Source: Callorhinchus milii
Lineage: Eukaryota
NCBI RefSeq assembly: GCF_018977255.1
Contig: NW_024704743.1
Span: forward strand, 85,872,001 to 85,936,000
Reading direction: 5' to 3'
DNA length: 64,000 bases
This document shows, piece after piece, positions 12,785 through 26,065 of this stretch (position 1 is the first letter of the stretch; each line of letters opens with the position of its first letter). Both the position numbers and the translations under genes were made by a program. Below the pieces are notes generated by a model, which saw only the letters and a list, made by a program, of their open reading frames with translations, was not told where the DNA came from and made no database searches.

Positions 12785-13375
12785 CTGGGTTCGATTCCTG
12801 GGCAGAACAAAACAACAACAACAACAACAAGATTCCATTTATAGAGCGCCTTTCACGTCAGGAGGACGTCCCAAGGCGCTGCACAGTTGGGTCATGACCC
12901 GAGCAGGGGGGAAATGGTCAGGGTGAGGGGAGGGAAGGGAGGGAGTGAGGAGGGGGGAAATGGTCAGGGTGAGGGGAGGGAAGGAGGGAGAGAGGAGGGG
13001 GGAAATGGTCAGGGTGAGGGGAGGGAAGGGAGGGAGCGAGGAGGAGGAAGAGAGTCGAGAGGGGAGCTGAAGGCACGGTCAAAGAGAAAACGTTGGGCAT
13101 GTTTCCTTACTCCACACGCCTGTTTACCTAGCATTAGTAGGAACACGGTTTTTAGTCGATTGCCAGATCGCTTTTCCGGGGGTAATAAGCTCTTAAAAAA
13201 TAATAATTTGGTCACTTAATCCGCAACTGTTTATGGGACAATGCTGTGCCCAATTGGCTGACGCGTTTCGCCCACAAAATACAGTCAATTCCCTTTACCG
13301 TATATTTTGTGAAGTGCTTTGAGACGTCTGGAAAACAGGATATGAAATGCAAGGATTATTATCATTATTATTATC
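12785..13375 (+). mobile_element. tRNA-Ala-headed SINE (long form) split by a minus-strand L2-A 3' end (about 12812-13090)
   Basis: B-box gggttcgattcc at 12787; the SINE resumes at aaaacgttgggcatgtttccttactccacacgcc; the insert matches the tail of 29161. Confidence 0.88.
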
Positions 13376-14929
13376 TAAAACCTGCATTCTTCTTTAGTGA
13401 CTCCATATAATTTGCATTGATTTGTACCTGGATAGAATGCTTTTATGCTATCTGACTATTGCTTTATAAATTGTGAAGAACACTTACTTGAATTTGTAAT
13501 ACTGAAACCTTCCTCAGAACTCTGACATTTGCCTGTGCACTGCTGCCTTCCATTGTCATGGTAACTCATTTTCTAGCTTCCCCTTATTTAATGAGACTAT
13601 TTAATGTATTGAAACATGCTGCAGTTATCAAGATTAAATGGCATTTCCAACAAATGTATCCATATTGGTATTTCTCTGAATTTAAGTCTTTCTTTCAAAC
13701 ATCCTGTTTTCACATGTTCCTTCAAGTCTGCAAACGTAAATGCTCCTATTGAATCAAGTTCACTTATAATTATTGTGAGTAATAGGATTGAAATCTGGGA
13801 TATTCCACAAGATACATTACCTGTTTGAACCACCCTCCCTTATACTTTCCTATTATTTTGCCAATCCATTATAAATTGTCACAATTTCTTTTATCCCAGA
13901 AATTCATATCGACAAGTCTTTTGGGAGGCACTTTTTCAATTGCTTTCTTGAAGACAAGTTTTCTGACATACATCATATTATTCTGTTTCCCAATATTTCT
14001 CTTCTTTAGGCCCTTTTCCTTCTACTAGGATTTAGCTGCTTTGGAGCTGGTTGCCTCTCTGGTGCTTTGCCCCTGTGGCCTTTATTCATGTGGTAGCCTT
14101 GACAGTCAGTGTCCACAGGCTAGTTGACTTCAGATAGGATCCCCAGTCAGGCTTGTTTTTGTCTTCTCCTAGTATTCACGCACATCACTCCTTGTTACAG
14201 ATCCTGGGCTATTTCTTTAGCAACATTTGTCCTCCTACAGGTGTCAAAGAAAGAACGGGAATATTAGTCTGTTTTTTTCTTTAAAAAAAGTAACAAATAT
14301 CATTTATTTTTTGGACAGTTGTTAATTTTCATTGTTTAATGAGCCAGAATTTTCTTTTGCTTATGACAGGCTCCCTCTGCTTCAACTCTTTTTACAGCAT
14401 TCTTAGATATGTTCCACCTGGTCCTATTGCTTTATGAATATTCAAACATTCCTTTTTTTTGTGGCCACTTTATTACTAACCTTTATTTCCTTCAAGAACT
14501 CCACTGCAACCCTGATTCCTCTCGGAGGAAAAACACGCCACTTTTTTTTATAGTGAAAACAGCTGTAAAAATCATTTGAAATTTCTGCCATATCACTTTC
14601 TTTCCCACTAACTCATCTCTTTTATTTTTAAAGGGTTCCTTTTGTTCAGTAATATTTTGCTGACAGCTTTTAGAAAAACTACTTTTATTCTTCTTTTTGT
14701 TCATCCCAAGTTATCTTTTTAATCCTACATATTTCCAATTTTCCGAATCATTTAAAAGTAAGTTACATTTTATTTTAATAATGATCTCTATCTTCCGAAG
14801 GTAACTATTTAGGTTTGACATGAATATTCAATGTTATGGTATACAGTATCAGGACACAGCTCCTGTATTAGCTCATTGAACTAGCATCTTCCTTTAGAAA
14901 GATCTTTCTACGTCTCATTGTAAATTCGG

Positions 14930-15360
14930 AGCGTCAGCCTGGTCGGTTGATATCACTCTCGCCTCTGAGTCAGAAGGTTGTGGGCTCAAGCCCCGTGTAG
15001 GGACATGGAACTCATATAGTTTGTAGCGCTGGAGGTGTGCTGTATTGTTGAAGGCGTTGTCCTTTGGATGAGATGTTAAACTGAGATTCCTGTCTGTCTG
15101 TTCAGATGGACATGAAAGATTCCCCTGGCACTATTGGAAAACAGAGGGGTGTTCCCAAATAAAATTAGTCAAAATTCACTTCCCAAATAAAGTTAGTCAT
15201 TCACTTCATAATTGTTTTGGGGAGATTGCTGCGCACAATAAATTGGCTGCCGTGTTCGCCCGCACAATGCAGTCACTGCACTGTAAGTATATTGTATGAA
15301 ACCCTTTGAGTCAACCTCCTGATTTGAAAGGTGCCATATCAGATGTGAGGATTATTATTA
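14930..15360 (+). mobile_element. Deu-domain SINE (SacSINE1/AmnSINE-like), near full length
   Basis: tRNA-like head cactctcgcctctgagtcagaaggttgtgggctcaagccc, central ggatgagatgttaaactgag motif, aattggctgccgtgttcgccc, and an L2-type tail. Family name is from my recall of the consensus. Confidence 0.8.
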
Positions 15361-15524
15361 AATTGCTGCAATGGCTCACAGGACCCAGCAAATGAATTTG
15401 AGCACCCTCAGTCTGGCCCTTAAATCCTTTCATTGTCTATTGTGCTGTTGGTGAACACTGTTAAATTCCTTTTCCTTTCTTCCCTGTTTGGGATCCTCAC
15501 TATCTCTGTTAAGCTCTTCAATAA

Positions 15525-15586
15525 ACAACAAAAAATTAAATTTGTATAGCGCCTTTCACATCAGGAGGACGTCCCAAGGCGCTGGA
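15525..15586 (-). mobile_element. Minimal L2-A tail (stem-loop only)
   Basis: atagcgcctttcacatcaggaggacgtcccaaggcgctg. Confidence 0.85.
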
Positions 15587-15979
15587 TAAAGTTTACCCCT
15601 CATGCACAAGTTGTTGTGGTAAATTAAGATAATGAAATAAATCATTCGAACTGAGATTTGGAAGCATTGCTTCACACAGAGGGATGAGGAGATGTAGAAT
15701 GCTCTGCTCCAGAAAGCTTGTAGAAGTGAAATCAATAGGGATGTTAAAAAGACAGACATTTGGGGTGTATTTTTTCTGGGGGGACTGTTGGTCAGAACAA
15801 TGGAAGAATGTTTTGTGGAAGAACCTGTAGAATTCTTAAAGATTGTTATTAATTTATTTGCATTTGATATAAGTCAAACCTCCACAATGAGCACTTCAAC
15901 TCCACAGGATAGGGTATTTTGAAGTTAAACAAGGCAGTTAATCCAGCAATGAGATGACAACCAATTTATTTACCTTCTT

Positions 15980-16230
15980 GTGAATTTGGATAAGGCAAGA
16001 ATATTGGCCAGGATACTAGAAGAACTCCCTTCAACTAGTGCTGAGCAATCACCTGAACTGTCAGATTGGATACAAGTTCAATAGTTTTCTCTGAATGAAA
16101 GTGCCAACAATGCAGCACTTCTCTGCCTCTACACTGGAGTGTCAGCCTGGATTATGATCTTAAATCCTCGTGAGGACCTTGAAACCACAACCTTTAATGC
16201 AGAGCTGAAGGAGATACCAGCTCAGCCAAG
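15980..16230 (-). mobile_element. Deu-domain SINE, decayed
   Basis: acactggagtgtcagcctggattatg...cttgaaaccacaacct. Confidence 0.65.
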
Positions 16231-17847
16231 CCATTCTATGTTTAGAATATGCTGAGCTGCTGTTGAAAGAGACTGAAGATTTGACAAGTCAACATAGGGA
16301 TGCCATTGCCCAGGCTGAAGAAACTATGCAGATGGATTGGCAAAGCTGGATCATGTAAAATTACCTGTCACATTCCACTGAATCATGGCAATAGAGAACA
16401 TAACACTGACATAGATAACATACCTATCAGAATGCAGCAGAACCTTACAGAATTGTTTTACCCAGAATAAGGAGCACCAAGTAGCAGAAGTTCTTACCCA
16501 TATATTTCAGTATCTCATCTATATTTCAGTATGGGATTCAGGGATTTCAGTTCATGTGACTGTTCAAGAAGATATTACTTGAAAGGAGAAGGAAGTTTCT
16601 CCCGGTGTCCTGGGCAACGGATCCTCCAGATAAATTGGTCATTCATTTTGTGGCTGTTTGTTGGGCATTGCGCTGCAAAAATTGGCTACTGTGCTTGTCT
16701 GTCCTTAGCCAGGCACAAATGTTTGTGCACCATTCTGTAACCTTTAAGCCCAAAGGCAAATGGGTTAAATAATTGAACCCTTGCAGGAATTTAAAAGAGT
16801 GATTGAAATATTCTAGCACTGACCCTTCTGGGATTTCACTTTGCATTCACTGGGCTACCACTAGAGGGTACTCCAACATCAGATTTTCAATGGCAGGCCG
16901 AGAATGTGGTCTCCTCATCCTAATCCAAAGGGTATAGCATTTCCAAACCCATTACTGAGACCTAGGATTTCCTATGTGCTGGCTTTCTACACATATATAA
17001 GGATCGCCACCTATATCTGGTTTAAGTAGCTTCTAGCCCAGTTATCCTAATAACAAGAAATGCAGACTATTGATCCCATAATAAGGGGACTGTACTGTAA
17101 TATACTATGGGATAATGAATTTACCTCCCTTGTTCCCCAGATGAGAAGAGGTTCAAGTGACACAAGATACTGGCCAGACACCTACAGGAATGAGACATAG
17201 AATCTACCCACTCATAAAGCAATTAGAAGAGATTCTCTTCCCCACATAATTGCCAGTAAACCACAGCCTTCAAGCAGGTTAGATTCCAAATTCACTTCAA
17301 AAAGGGAGAGTTTAAATGAGGAAAACACTGATAAAGTGACAGACATTTACCCTCAACTAAAAAGGATTCTATTCCCAAGCAAAAGCACACCAAGAGGAAG
17401 ACATTTGCTGATGTATAATAATCCTTGCATTTGATATAACGTCTTATCACGTCGTCGAGACGTCTCAAAGCACTTCACAGGATATACTATAAAAATTATT
17501 GATTACGTATTTTGTGGACAAAACACAGTAGCCAGTTTGCACATAGCAATATCCTGGGCCAATAGAAAAGTGTGGAAATATTTGCCCAAAATTGCAGGGA
17601 AATTTGCGAATGTTGAAGAAAATTGCGGGGAGTTGATTGATGCTATTGAGATACATTTTACTGCCAATCTACACTTTATTGATAAAAACTAAACATGAGG
17701 AAAAAACACATATTAGATTGTTGACATTTTTTTGAAAGTTTCACCAAAAAACAGACACTCAGGACAAGTGTCCTGACTGTGGGGCTACAGGAGCTCACCA
17801 CCTCTTGCCTCTCATTGCCCAGCACCACACACCAACACAGAGACCCA

Positions 17848-18440
17848 ACAACAACAACAACAACAACAACAACTTGGATTTATATAGTGCCCTCCACGTT
17901 GGACGGCGTCTCAGTGCGCTTTAGAGTAATGGATCCCGGGACCAAGGGAGGGGTGACCAAAGGCGCGGTCGAAAAGAAAGGTCTTCAGCAGAGACCTGAA
18001 AATGGGAAGGGAAGGAGCGAGACGAAGGGAGTGAGGAAGGCAGTTCCAGAGCCTCGGGGCATAGTGGCTGAAGGCACGGCCCCCGAGGGTGGAGCGGAGG
18101 ACTCGGGGGACAAGGAGGAGGCCAGACCCAGAGGAACAAAGGCAACGGGTACTGTTTTGAGGAGAGAGGAGGTCAGAGAGGTAGGGGGGTGCAGAGGAGT
18201 GCAGGTACTTGAATACAAGGGTGAGGATCATGAAATCGATTCTCTCTGGAACAGGGAGCCAGTGCAGTCTGGCAAGGACTAGAGTGATCGGGGAGCGGAG
18301 TTTGGTGCGGGTGAGAATGTGGGCGGCAGAGTTTTGAATGATTTGTATTTTATGGATGGTAGTGGATGGGAGACCGGCGAGGAGGGCGTTGGAGTAGTCC
18401 AGCCGAGAGGTGACAAAGGCATGGACCAGGGTTTCATGGA
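17848..18440 (-). mobile_element. L2 3' fragment
   Basis: Encodes [19 protein letters not shown]...LHWLP...[13 protein letters not shown]; (AAC)n tail; possible TSD gaccca. Confidence 0.93.
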
Positions 18441-18442
18441 CC

Positions 18443-19072
18443 CAGAGAGAGACACACACACAGAGACACACACACACACACAGACTCAGAGAGAGAGACA
18501 CACACACAAAGACAGACACACACACAGACCCAAAGAGCGACACACACACACTCGCAGACACAGAGAGGCATACTACAAGAATAATAAATTACATTTGTAA
18601 AGCGCCTTTTACGTCATGACGTCCCAAGGCGTTGGACAGTCAGGGAGCCGCACCCAAACTTGAGGTTGGGATCAGGAGGGGTGGAGGGCGAGAAGGGTAG
18701 AGGTAGGAGGGTGACCGAAGGCACATTCTCAAAGAGAGAGCGAGCGACACACACGCTCATAGACACAAAGAGATGTATACACACATAGAGAGAGGAGAGA
18801 GACAGACTCACATAGAGACACTCACAATCGTACACACACGCATAAAGAAAGAGACACACAGACATACTCACACAGGCACTCACAAACACACACACACACA
18901 CACAGAAAGAGACACAGAGACACACTCACACAGACACTCACAAACATACAGAGAGAGAGAAAGAGACACACAGACACACTCACACAGACACTCACAAATA
19001 CACAGAGAGGAGAGAGACACACACACAAATAGAGACATTCACAAACACATAGAGAGAGAGAGACACAGACAA
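18443..19072. repeat. Compound (CA)/(GA) low-complexity tract containing a minus-strand L2 tail at about 18588-18733
   Basis: Visible dinucleotide arrays; internal agcgccttttacgtcatgacgtcccaaggcgt. Confidence 0.88.
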
Positions 19073-19184
19073 TCTCAACAGTGGAGGAAAGCCCATTACC
19101 TGTTTGCGCTGCACCGTGCATGTACATCTGGAGCCGCTTGGCCCACTGTTGCATCGGATTAACAGAGCGAGAGACTGGAGATGT

Positions 19185-19398
19185 TTTTCGAATAGTGGCA
19201 TTGGGATCTTTAATGTCACCAGAACAGGCAGACTGGACCTTGGTTTAACACCTTATCCAAAGGACGGGACCATCGGAGCAGTGTATTGGAGTGTCAGCTT
19301 AGACTATGTGATTCCAAGTCCCGATGTGCGGCTTGAACCCACAACCTTCTGACTCAGGGGTGAGTGGGGTAAGAGTGCTACCACTGAGCCAGGCTGAC
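19185..19398 (-). mobile_element. Deu-domain SINE 5' half
   Basis: cttgaacccacaaccttctgactcag...agtgctaccactgagccaggctgaca. Confidence 0.8.
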
Positions 19399-20206
19399 AG
19401 ATTGATATCATACATCATTCCTGTGTGACATCCAGATGGCAGCTCAGAGATTGGGTAGAGAAACGTGACAATACCAATGTTCAGCACATTCTGTGTTGAT
19501 GACCAGGTTTAGCAAACACGTATTCAGGGGAGAAGGAAGAGAAAGTGTAATGCATTTTGAAGGACTGAAAAGTCTGAAACAAGTTTGCCAAACAGATTAT
19601 TTTGTAGATGAATCACAGTCCTGTGCACAGGGAAGTAGCAAGACAGAATTATAAAATGGTTCCAATGAATTAAACAGATCTGAGACGTATGCTATTATAA
19701 GAAATTCTAAAAAGTTGTATTTCCCACTTTAACAATACATGACATAGCATGGCCTAACAATATTAGCTGAGATATACTGTTGAAAGGGAATATTCAGTCA
19801 AGTGTGAGACATTCCTTGGAGGATCCTATCTCAAGGTTACTCTGGCTCCTGAGATCTAGTAACAGTGATACTCTATTGACGAAATCCAAAGTCTGTATCT
19901 TAAACCATACAACCAGTCTCTGCAGGCACAGAGCCAGGGTATCTGTTCCAAGCACTGCATGAATCCCTCAAGCAGACAACTTTTTTTACCCTATATTGGA
20001 TCTCTGGAAGGCAAACTGGTTTATTTGAAGATTAAACTGCAGGATCGAGACATTGCACTTTGCCAGTTCTGAATGTTTCTTTTTAGCTTAAGTCTGAAGG
20101 TGTTTACCACAAATTGCATAACAATGCCATTTTAGCTGAAACAGGTATGCATAACTCTACCTTGACTAGCTCTGTGACTGAAGCTAAATTAACCACAGAA
20201 ATCTTT

Positions 20207-20403
20207 ATAATAATAATCCTTTAATTTGATATAGCACCTTATCACGTCTTTGAGATGTCCCAAAGTGCTTCACAGTCGTGGATTGAGTGACCAAATTATT
20301 ATTATTTTTTTAAAACCTCTTTTTTGAGGGGATTATTATCCCCGGAAAAGCAATCCCCCAATCGACTTACAACCAGGATCTTACTTACTGCTAGGAAAAC
20401 AGA
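20207..20403 (-). mobile_element. tRNA-Ala-headed SINE fragment (long form, internally deleted)
   Basis: Tail plus gattgagtgaccaaattatt...ttacttactgctagg. Confidence 0.8.
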
Positions 20404-20954
20404 GTTTCAAATGAACTCTTATCTGTGGATTCTTCAGTCGGGAAGGTTGCTCTACAATATAGGAAGGCATAGGAGATACTAATAATATTCCTTACTACTG
20501 CAAGAGATGTATACTCAACCTGCAGATAATTTATTGACTGTGCACCAATATGAAATTCCTAGCAATAATTCACCTCCTGTGACCACAAGCTGACCTCCTG
20601 TGTCTATCTTCAGTTTAGAATATGGTCATATCTGGTGCGCTCACTGCATCAGTCAATTTGCAGCCCAGCTTTCTCAATCATAGGAGTGCCTTTGTGTCCG
20701 CATATTCTCTCCCAATCAACCTAAAGAACATATGAAATGCCAAACATAAGGCCTGTTTCACATGGCTGAGTAATGGGTCTGTGGTAACAATACGCTCAGC
20801 AAGTTTCGCCAAGTTTACCCAGCTATGAATGCCCTTCTCTTTAGGGTTTTGGGTCACAAATTAAGAATGTTAACATCTTCAAATCTCATTATGAATCACT
20901 TTAAATCACTTGACTTTCCTGGGAGAGCAGACCAGGATGGGTTGGTGAGGAAAA

Positions 20955-21116
20955 GCTTTTTCCGGGGATAATAACCTTCAAAAAAATAATAATTTGGTCA
21001 CTTAATCCATGACTGTTTGTGGGACACTGAAATGCACAATAGGCTACCCCGTTTCGCCCACTAAATATACAGTCAATTCACTTTACAGTAAATTCTGTGA
21101 AGTGCTTTGAGGTCGT
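20955..21116 (+). mobile_element. SINE fragment
   Basis: gcttttccggggataataa...gactgtttgtgggacac...gtgaagtgctttgag. Confidence 0.8.
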
Positions 21117-21539
21117 CCACGGGGCAAAGGTGATGGAGGCGAATGAATTGGCCACCAGTGTCAAAGATGAGGAAATGCAGAGGGACAGTGAACCCTGGGT
21201 CCAATCAGACAAAATGTCACAGGTGACTCTGACAGGGGTAATCTCAATGTTATGCATGAGTGTTACAAGCTTGTGTCTTTGTCTGGTTTTAGCTATCTCA
21301 AACTCTCTTGGTAGCCTGTTCACTTTCACTTTCAAACTTTTTTGAGCCTGTGTGGCAATAAACTGATTTTGCATACTTCAAACAAACAGCTCTGACTGGC
21401 TAGGAATGGACAGTCACAAAACCAGTTTCATTTCACAGTCTCTCCCTTAGGAAATTAAAACAGCAATAACCTCTCACAAATTGTAGGTTTTCCAAATATG
21501 ATAGTTTAGTTAATACTTTAGTACATCACATAAATAGTG

Positions 21540-21926
21540 TAGTCCTGTAGCGTATTGGTTAGAGCACTCGTTGAGCAAATGAGAGGACCTGAGTTTGATT
21601 CCTGAGCGGGGTGAAACAGGCAAGTTAGGCAAGTTTCCTCACTCCACACCCCTCTGCTTACCTAGCAGCAAGTAGGAACACGGTTGTTAGTCCATTGACG
21701 GATCACTTTTCTGGGAGTATTAATCCCTTAAAAAAACAATAATAATTTGGTCATTTAATCCATGACTGTTTGTAGAACATTGTTGTGCTCAATTGGCTGC
21801 CGCATTTCACCCACAAAATATACAGTCAATTCATTTTACCATATATTCTATAAAGTGCTTTGAGATGTCTCAAATATGTGATAAGGCACTATATCAAATG
21901 CAAGGATGATTACTATTATTACTACT
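21540..21926 (+). mobile_element. tRNA-Ala-headed SINE, full-length long form
   Basis: A/B-box head agtcctgtagcgtattggttagagcactcg...gagtttgattcc, body, and L2-type tail. Confidence 0.9.
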
Positions 21927-22379
21927 ATGTAGGCAGCGCAGGCCATAAGGGATTGTGGAAAAGATAGAAAAGAACAGAACAAATAATAACAATTACCAGT
22001 ACTTAAAAGATGATTTCACAGATAAGATTGCTTCAAAAACCAACTTTTTGGTGCACAGACTATCCACACATTTTCTCTATCTCCTTATGTACAGACTTGC
22101 TGTTGACTTGAAGTGTGTGTCTCTGTGTTCATTTTCCCCCGCAATGAAGTGTCTCCCTGAGATATATTTCCCACTTGCAATCTCTTCTCATTCGTTGAAC
22201 ATTAATAAACTTCCAATTTGTGACATTTTCAATTTGGTAGAATCATCTTTCATTTTAACCTTATTTAATTTATCAACCATTTGGTCTTTAATGTTGTGTT
22301 GATTATAGCAAAGATACTGTGAACAAACAAATCTCTTTCACACTTTATTGTGAAGAAAACTTTGGAGAGAGAGACCCTC

Positions 22380-22870
22380 TACAATTTCAGTTTGAACAGA
22401 ACCAAATGGTTCTCTCAAGGTTTTTTAAAAAAGCAAATAGCGGATAAGGCAGGTTTAAAATTGTCTCGGTGAGTTGAAAGCTTCTCTGGAGAGTGACAAA
22501 GATACAGACAAGTACTATGGCAAGAAAAGGCTAGTTACAGATAGGGCGGTAGTTTGAGAGATTAGAGATGAGTCTGATCTCATCTCTATGCGAAATTGCA
22601 GAGGACAGGTTACATGATGGAGAGAAGGAGGTGGAGGAACGTGAAGCAGTTAAAATGAATAGACTCGATTGTGGACACAACACAAGGAAAGCTCCTCACA
22701 TTTTGAATCAAAGCAAGGATTCCAGTGGTTAGTGGTAGAGGAGAGATGTTTGGGACCCTACTTGCCTATCAGAATGATGCTGTAGGAGTTCGAGAAGAAT
22801 GCTTGAAATCTGATCTTAAACATCTCAACCTCTGGAGGCAAAGGCAGTAGAACTTCTTCACATCTGGTTC
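22380..22870 (-). mobile_element. Highly decayed L2 RT fragment
   Basis: Reverse strand encodes an NYRPI.N.PFLA-like RT motif at about 22520-22560. Confidence 0.55.
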
Positions 22871-23469
22871 AGTTCAGAACATGCTTCATGCCAGATATTA
22901 ATGGATGAGCTGGGTGTGTGGAGACACAGCAGAAACCAAAAAACCACAAGAATGCCTGGAGCACTAAAAATTGTGCTCGTTATCATACCAGCGGCAAAAT
23001 AATGATTTGAAATCTTTGTCTAGCAAACAGATGCATAAAGCAGATTGCTGTCATTTTATCAGGAAAAAAACAGGAAATTCTTTCTGAAATGCAGGTGGGT
23101 TGAAATTTCTTTGGCCATGTGCGATTATAATAGAGGAAATCCAACTAGCTCCCCAAATCGCCAAAGACAATGCTCGTAATACCAACCGAAACTTTAGGGT
23201 AATAGTGTATCTAAATTCTAAATCCTAGAATGCTGTAACAAGGAAACATGCCATTTGGCCATCAAAGAACATAATGCTTCATTAACACATTATACACAGG
23301 CATAAATATAAAAACATGCATTTGATATAACACATTTCACAGAGGACCCCTTAAGCGCTTCATAGAATCTACTGTAAAGTGCTGTGACTGGATATTTTGT
23401 AAGCGCATATAACAATGAGGCAACCTGTTTATCCCAAAGCCTGGTAAAATAATCCAGAAACATGCAATT

Positions 23470-23852
23470 ATGATAATCTTTGCATTTGATGTAGCACCTC
23501 TATTGTTGAACATGTTTCAAAGTGTTTCATGGGAAATTTCTTTCAATTGTCATATCCAACTTGTAATGTTCCTCAAACAGCCATGAAATGATTGACCAAT
23601 TTACTGGGAGAATTGTTGGCTAGGACATCAGGAGAAATTCCCTTCTCTTTTTAAATAGTGCCATTGGATCTGTTAATGTTGAACATGTAGATAGGACCTT
23701 GGTTAAAGATTTTTTCTGAAGGATGGCACCTACAACAATTCAATACTGTGTACCGGACTGGAGTGTCAGCTCAGATCACGAGATCAAAGTCCCAACATAT
23801 AGCTTGAACCCACAATCCCTAACCCAGAGGGGTTGGAGCTAAAACTGAGCTA
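23470..23852 (-). mobile_element. Deu-domain SINE
   Basis: Tail, then ttttaaatagtgccattggatc...ctggagtgtcagc...cttgaacccacaa. Confidence 0.75.
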
Positions 23853-24343
23853 ATCTAATTATAATATTATATCTTAAAAGTACTATACACTAAATTACTT
23901 TAATCATATGGTTCAAGATAATCATATGAATCCCTCAGTGTGCTACAATTGGCTGTTTATTATCCTTTATTACAGCACAGTTTCGATAATTTGAGTTATT
24001 CTTTAATTCCTTATTAATGATGCACAAATAGAATTATGGTTATTAACTGGAGTTACACAGACCTGTGGGAACTTTATTTCAATGTAATTTATTTCCAAAG
24101 CAGAATTCCCATGGACAGGAATTCTAATAGGATTCCTTATTAAACAATAAAATTTAAAAAAAACGCAAATTAAGCCTCAACGTTAGATGTGCCAGTCTGC
24201 CTGGAACTAGATGCTTTACAGGAAATCTTTGTAATGAGGCAACAAAAATAAACATCATCTAATAGCAAGAGTGCAGAAGTGTGTAGGCACATCTGAGTGG
24301 TTGTGTGCGAATGTGTGTGAACCTGTTTAGGTGTGAGTGTACA

Positions 24344-24610
24344 AATAATAATAATCTTTGCATTTGGTATAGTGCCTTTCATATCAGGAGGACTTCTCAA
24401 AGCGCTTCATAGGATTTACTGTAAAGTGTAGTGACTGTGTATTTGTAGGAAAACACAGCAGCCCATTTGTACATAGCAATGTCCCACAAAAATCCCTGAA
24501 GTCAATGAGCAATCTTATTTGAGGGATTGTTGGCTAGGACACTGGAAGAGACACCCTTCTCTTTTCAACTATTGGGAACTTTGATGTCCACTTGAAAAGG
24601 CAGATGGGAC
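24344..24610 (-). mobile_element. Deu-domain SINE 3' half
   Basis: Tail plus cagcagcccatttgtacatagcaatgtcccacaaa. Confidence 0.75.
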
Positions 24611-24844
24611 TTCATATCTTTCTGTGTGGAAGAGAATGTGTCTGTGCGTACGTATGTGCACATGTGAATGCCGCTGTAAGTATATATTTCTGATATTGAA
24701 CTGCTTTACTCTTTCTCCTGGTTTATTGTTCCAATAGCCCAAGAAAATTGCAGGTGCAGTTCATAATTATGTGCAATCCAATTAGGAAGTTACACATGTC
24801 TCTGATGTCCCATTAAACACTTGAATCCATTTTGAATCCAAAAT

Positions 24845-25105
24845 AACTGTGTATTTTGTGGGTGAAACATGGAAGCCAATTGTGCACATCTGTGTTCCAC
24901 AAAAAGTTGTGGAATGAGTGACTACATTTTTTTTGGGGGGGGAGGATTATTACTCCCGAAAAGTGATTTGCCAATTGACTAACATCCGTTTCTTACCTAC
25001 TGCTAAGTAAACAGAGGCGTGTGGAGTAAGGAAACTTGCCCAAGGTTTCGCCCTGACCTGGAATAAAACCCGGGTCCTCTTGCTTACCACTACGCTACAG
25101 GACTC
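24845..25105 (-). mobile_element. tRNA-Ala-headed SINE (long form, tail missing)
   Basis: aggcgtgtggagtaaggaaacttgcccaaggtttcgccc...gctacaggactcc. Confidence 0.85.
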
Positions 25106-26065
25106 CGATGATGTCCATTATTAGACTGCATTTGTTCCCGATGTCCCATTCATTAAAAACGTGTTGTCCTCGTTGGCAAGTTGAAATCCAGGGTACTTTT
25201 TCAGACTGCTACTCCTGTCAACTCATAATGTAACATAGTTTGTACTTTAATTTGGATCCTGCACTTTGCATGGTCATACGGACCTAAATAAAGCATTTCT
25301 CTTAATGGGGAAACACAACAGAGTACCTCTTCAGCCAAAGGGACTATCTTAAGATGGCAAATAGAAAGCTCAAGATTGCAAGAGAGCTTTGGATGAAGAA
25401 GGCAAATGACACAATCGGTCTTCTGCTTCCAGAATACCCACCCACAGCATTAAGCATTTTTTTCATGAGTCCAGTGTCCTGGTTTGTACCATCCCTCCTG
25501 GTAACTCGTTCCAGTTGTTAATTATGCCTGCAATATGTAAAGAATGCAATGTCCAAAAAAATTTAATATTTATACTAAAATTATTTTTTAAATCCTGATT
25601 TGTGGTCTCTTGTCCTACCTCCTCGACGTGCCCAATGTATTGTCATAGGGTTTTCCTTCTCTACCGCATTTAACATTTTGGATTCCTTTGAGATATCTCT
25701 TTTTAAGGAATGAAGAGCCCTAGCTGATCACATGAGCTGATCAGCTCATGATTAACTCATAGATCTTGGAAGCAAAGAGCCATATTGTATAAACAAAGGT
25801 CTACTGCATATGATTTGCTCCCAGCTGCTAGATCTACATATAAGGAAGAATGCAATAAGATGTCTTTTACAAGGCAATAAAATGAAGAAAGCTTCAGGTG
25901 AGATTCATAAATTGCAAGAGCAAAGTTTTATCATTTCCTAGAAACCCACTCCAGCTGGTTGTGGAAAATGTGCGACTGGAAGAGAGTTCTAAAGGGGAAA
26001 AATTTCAGTTCTTTATTAATATATCACACTCTCCCTTGAATTGAATATTCATTCATCCCATATGT

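Noticed and set aside
16858..16871. CTCF-like ccactagagggtac
   Set aside because: Mismatch at a key core position (GGT instead of GGC); no other support.
18279..19219. ORFs rich in CV/TH/RE
   Set aside because: Translations of CA/GA microsatellites.
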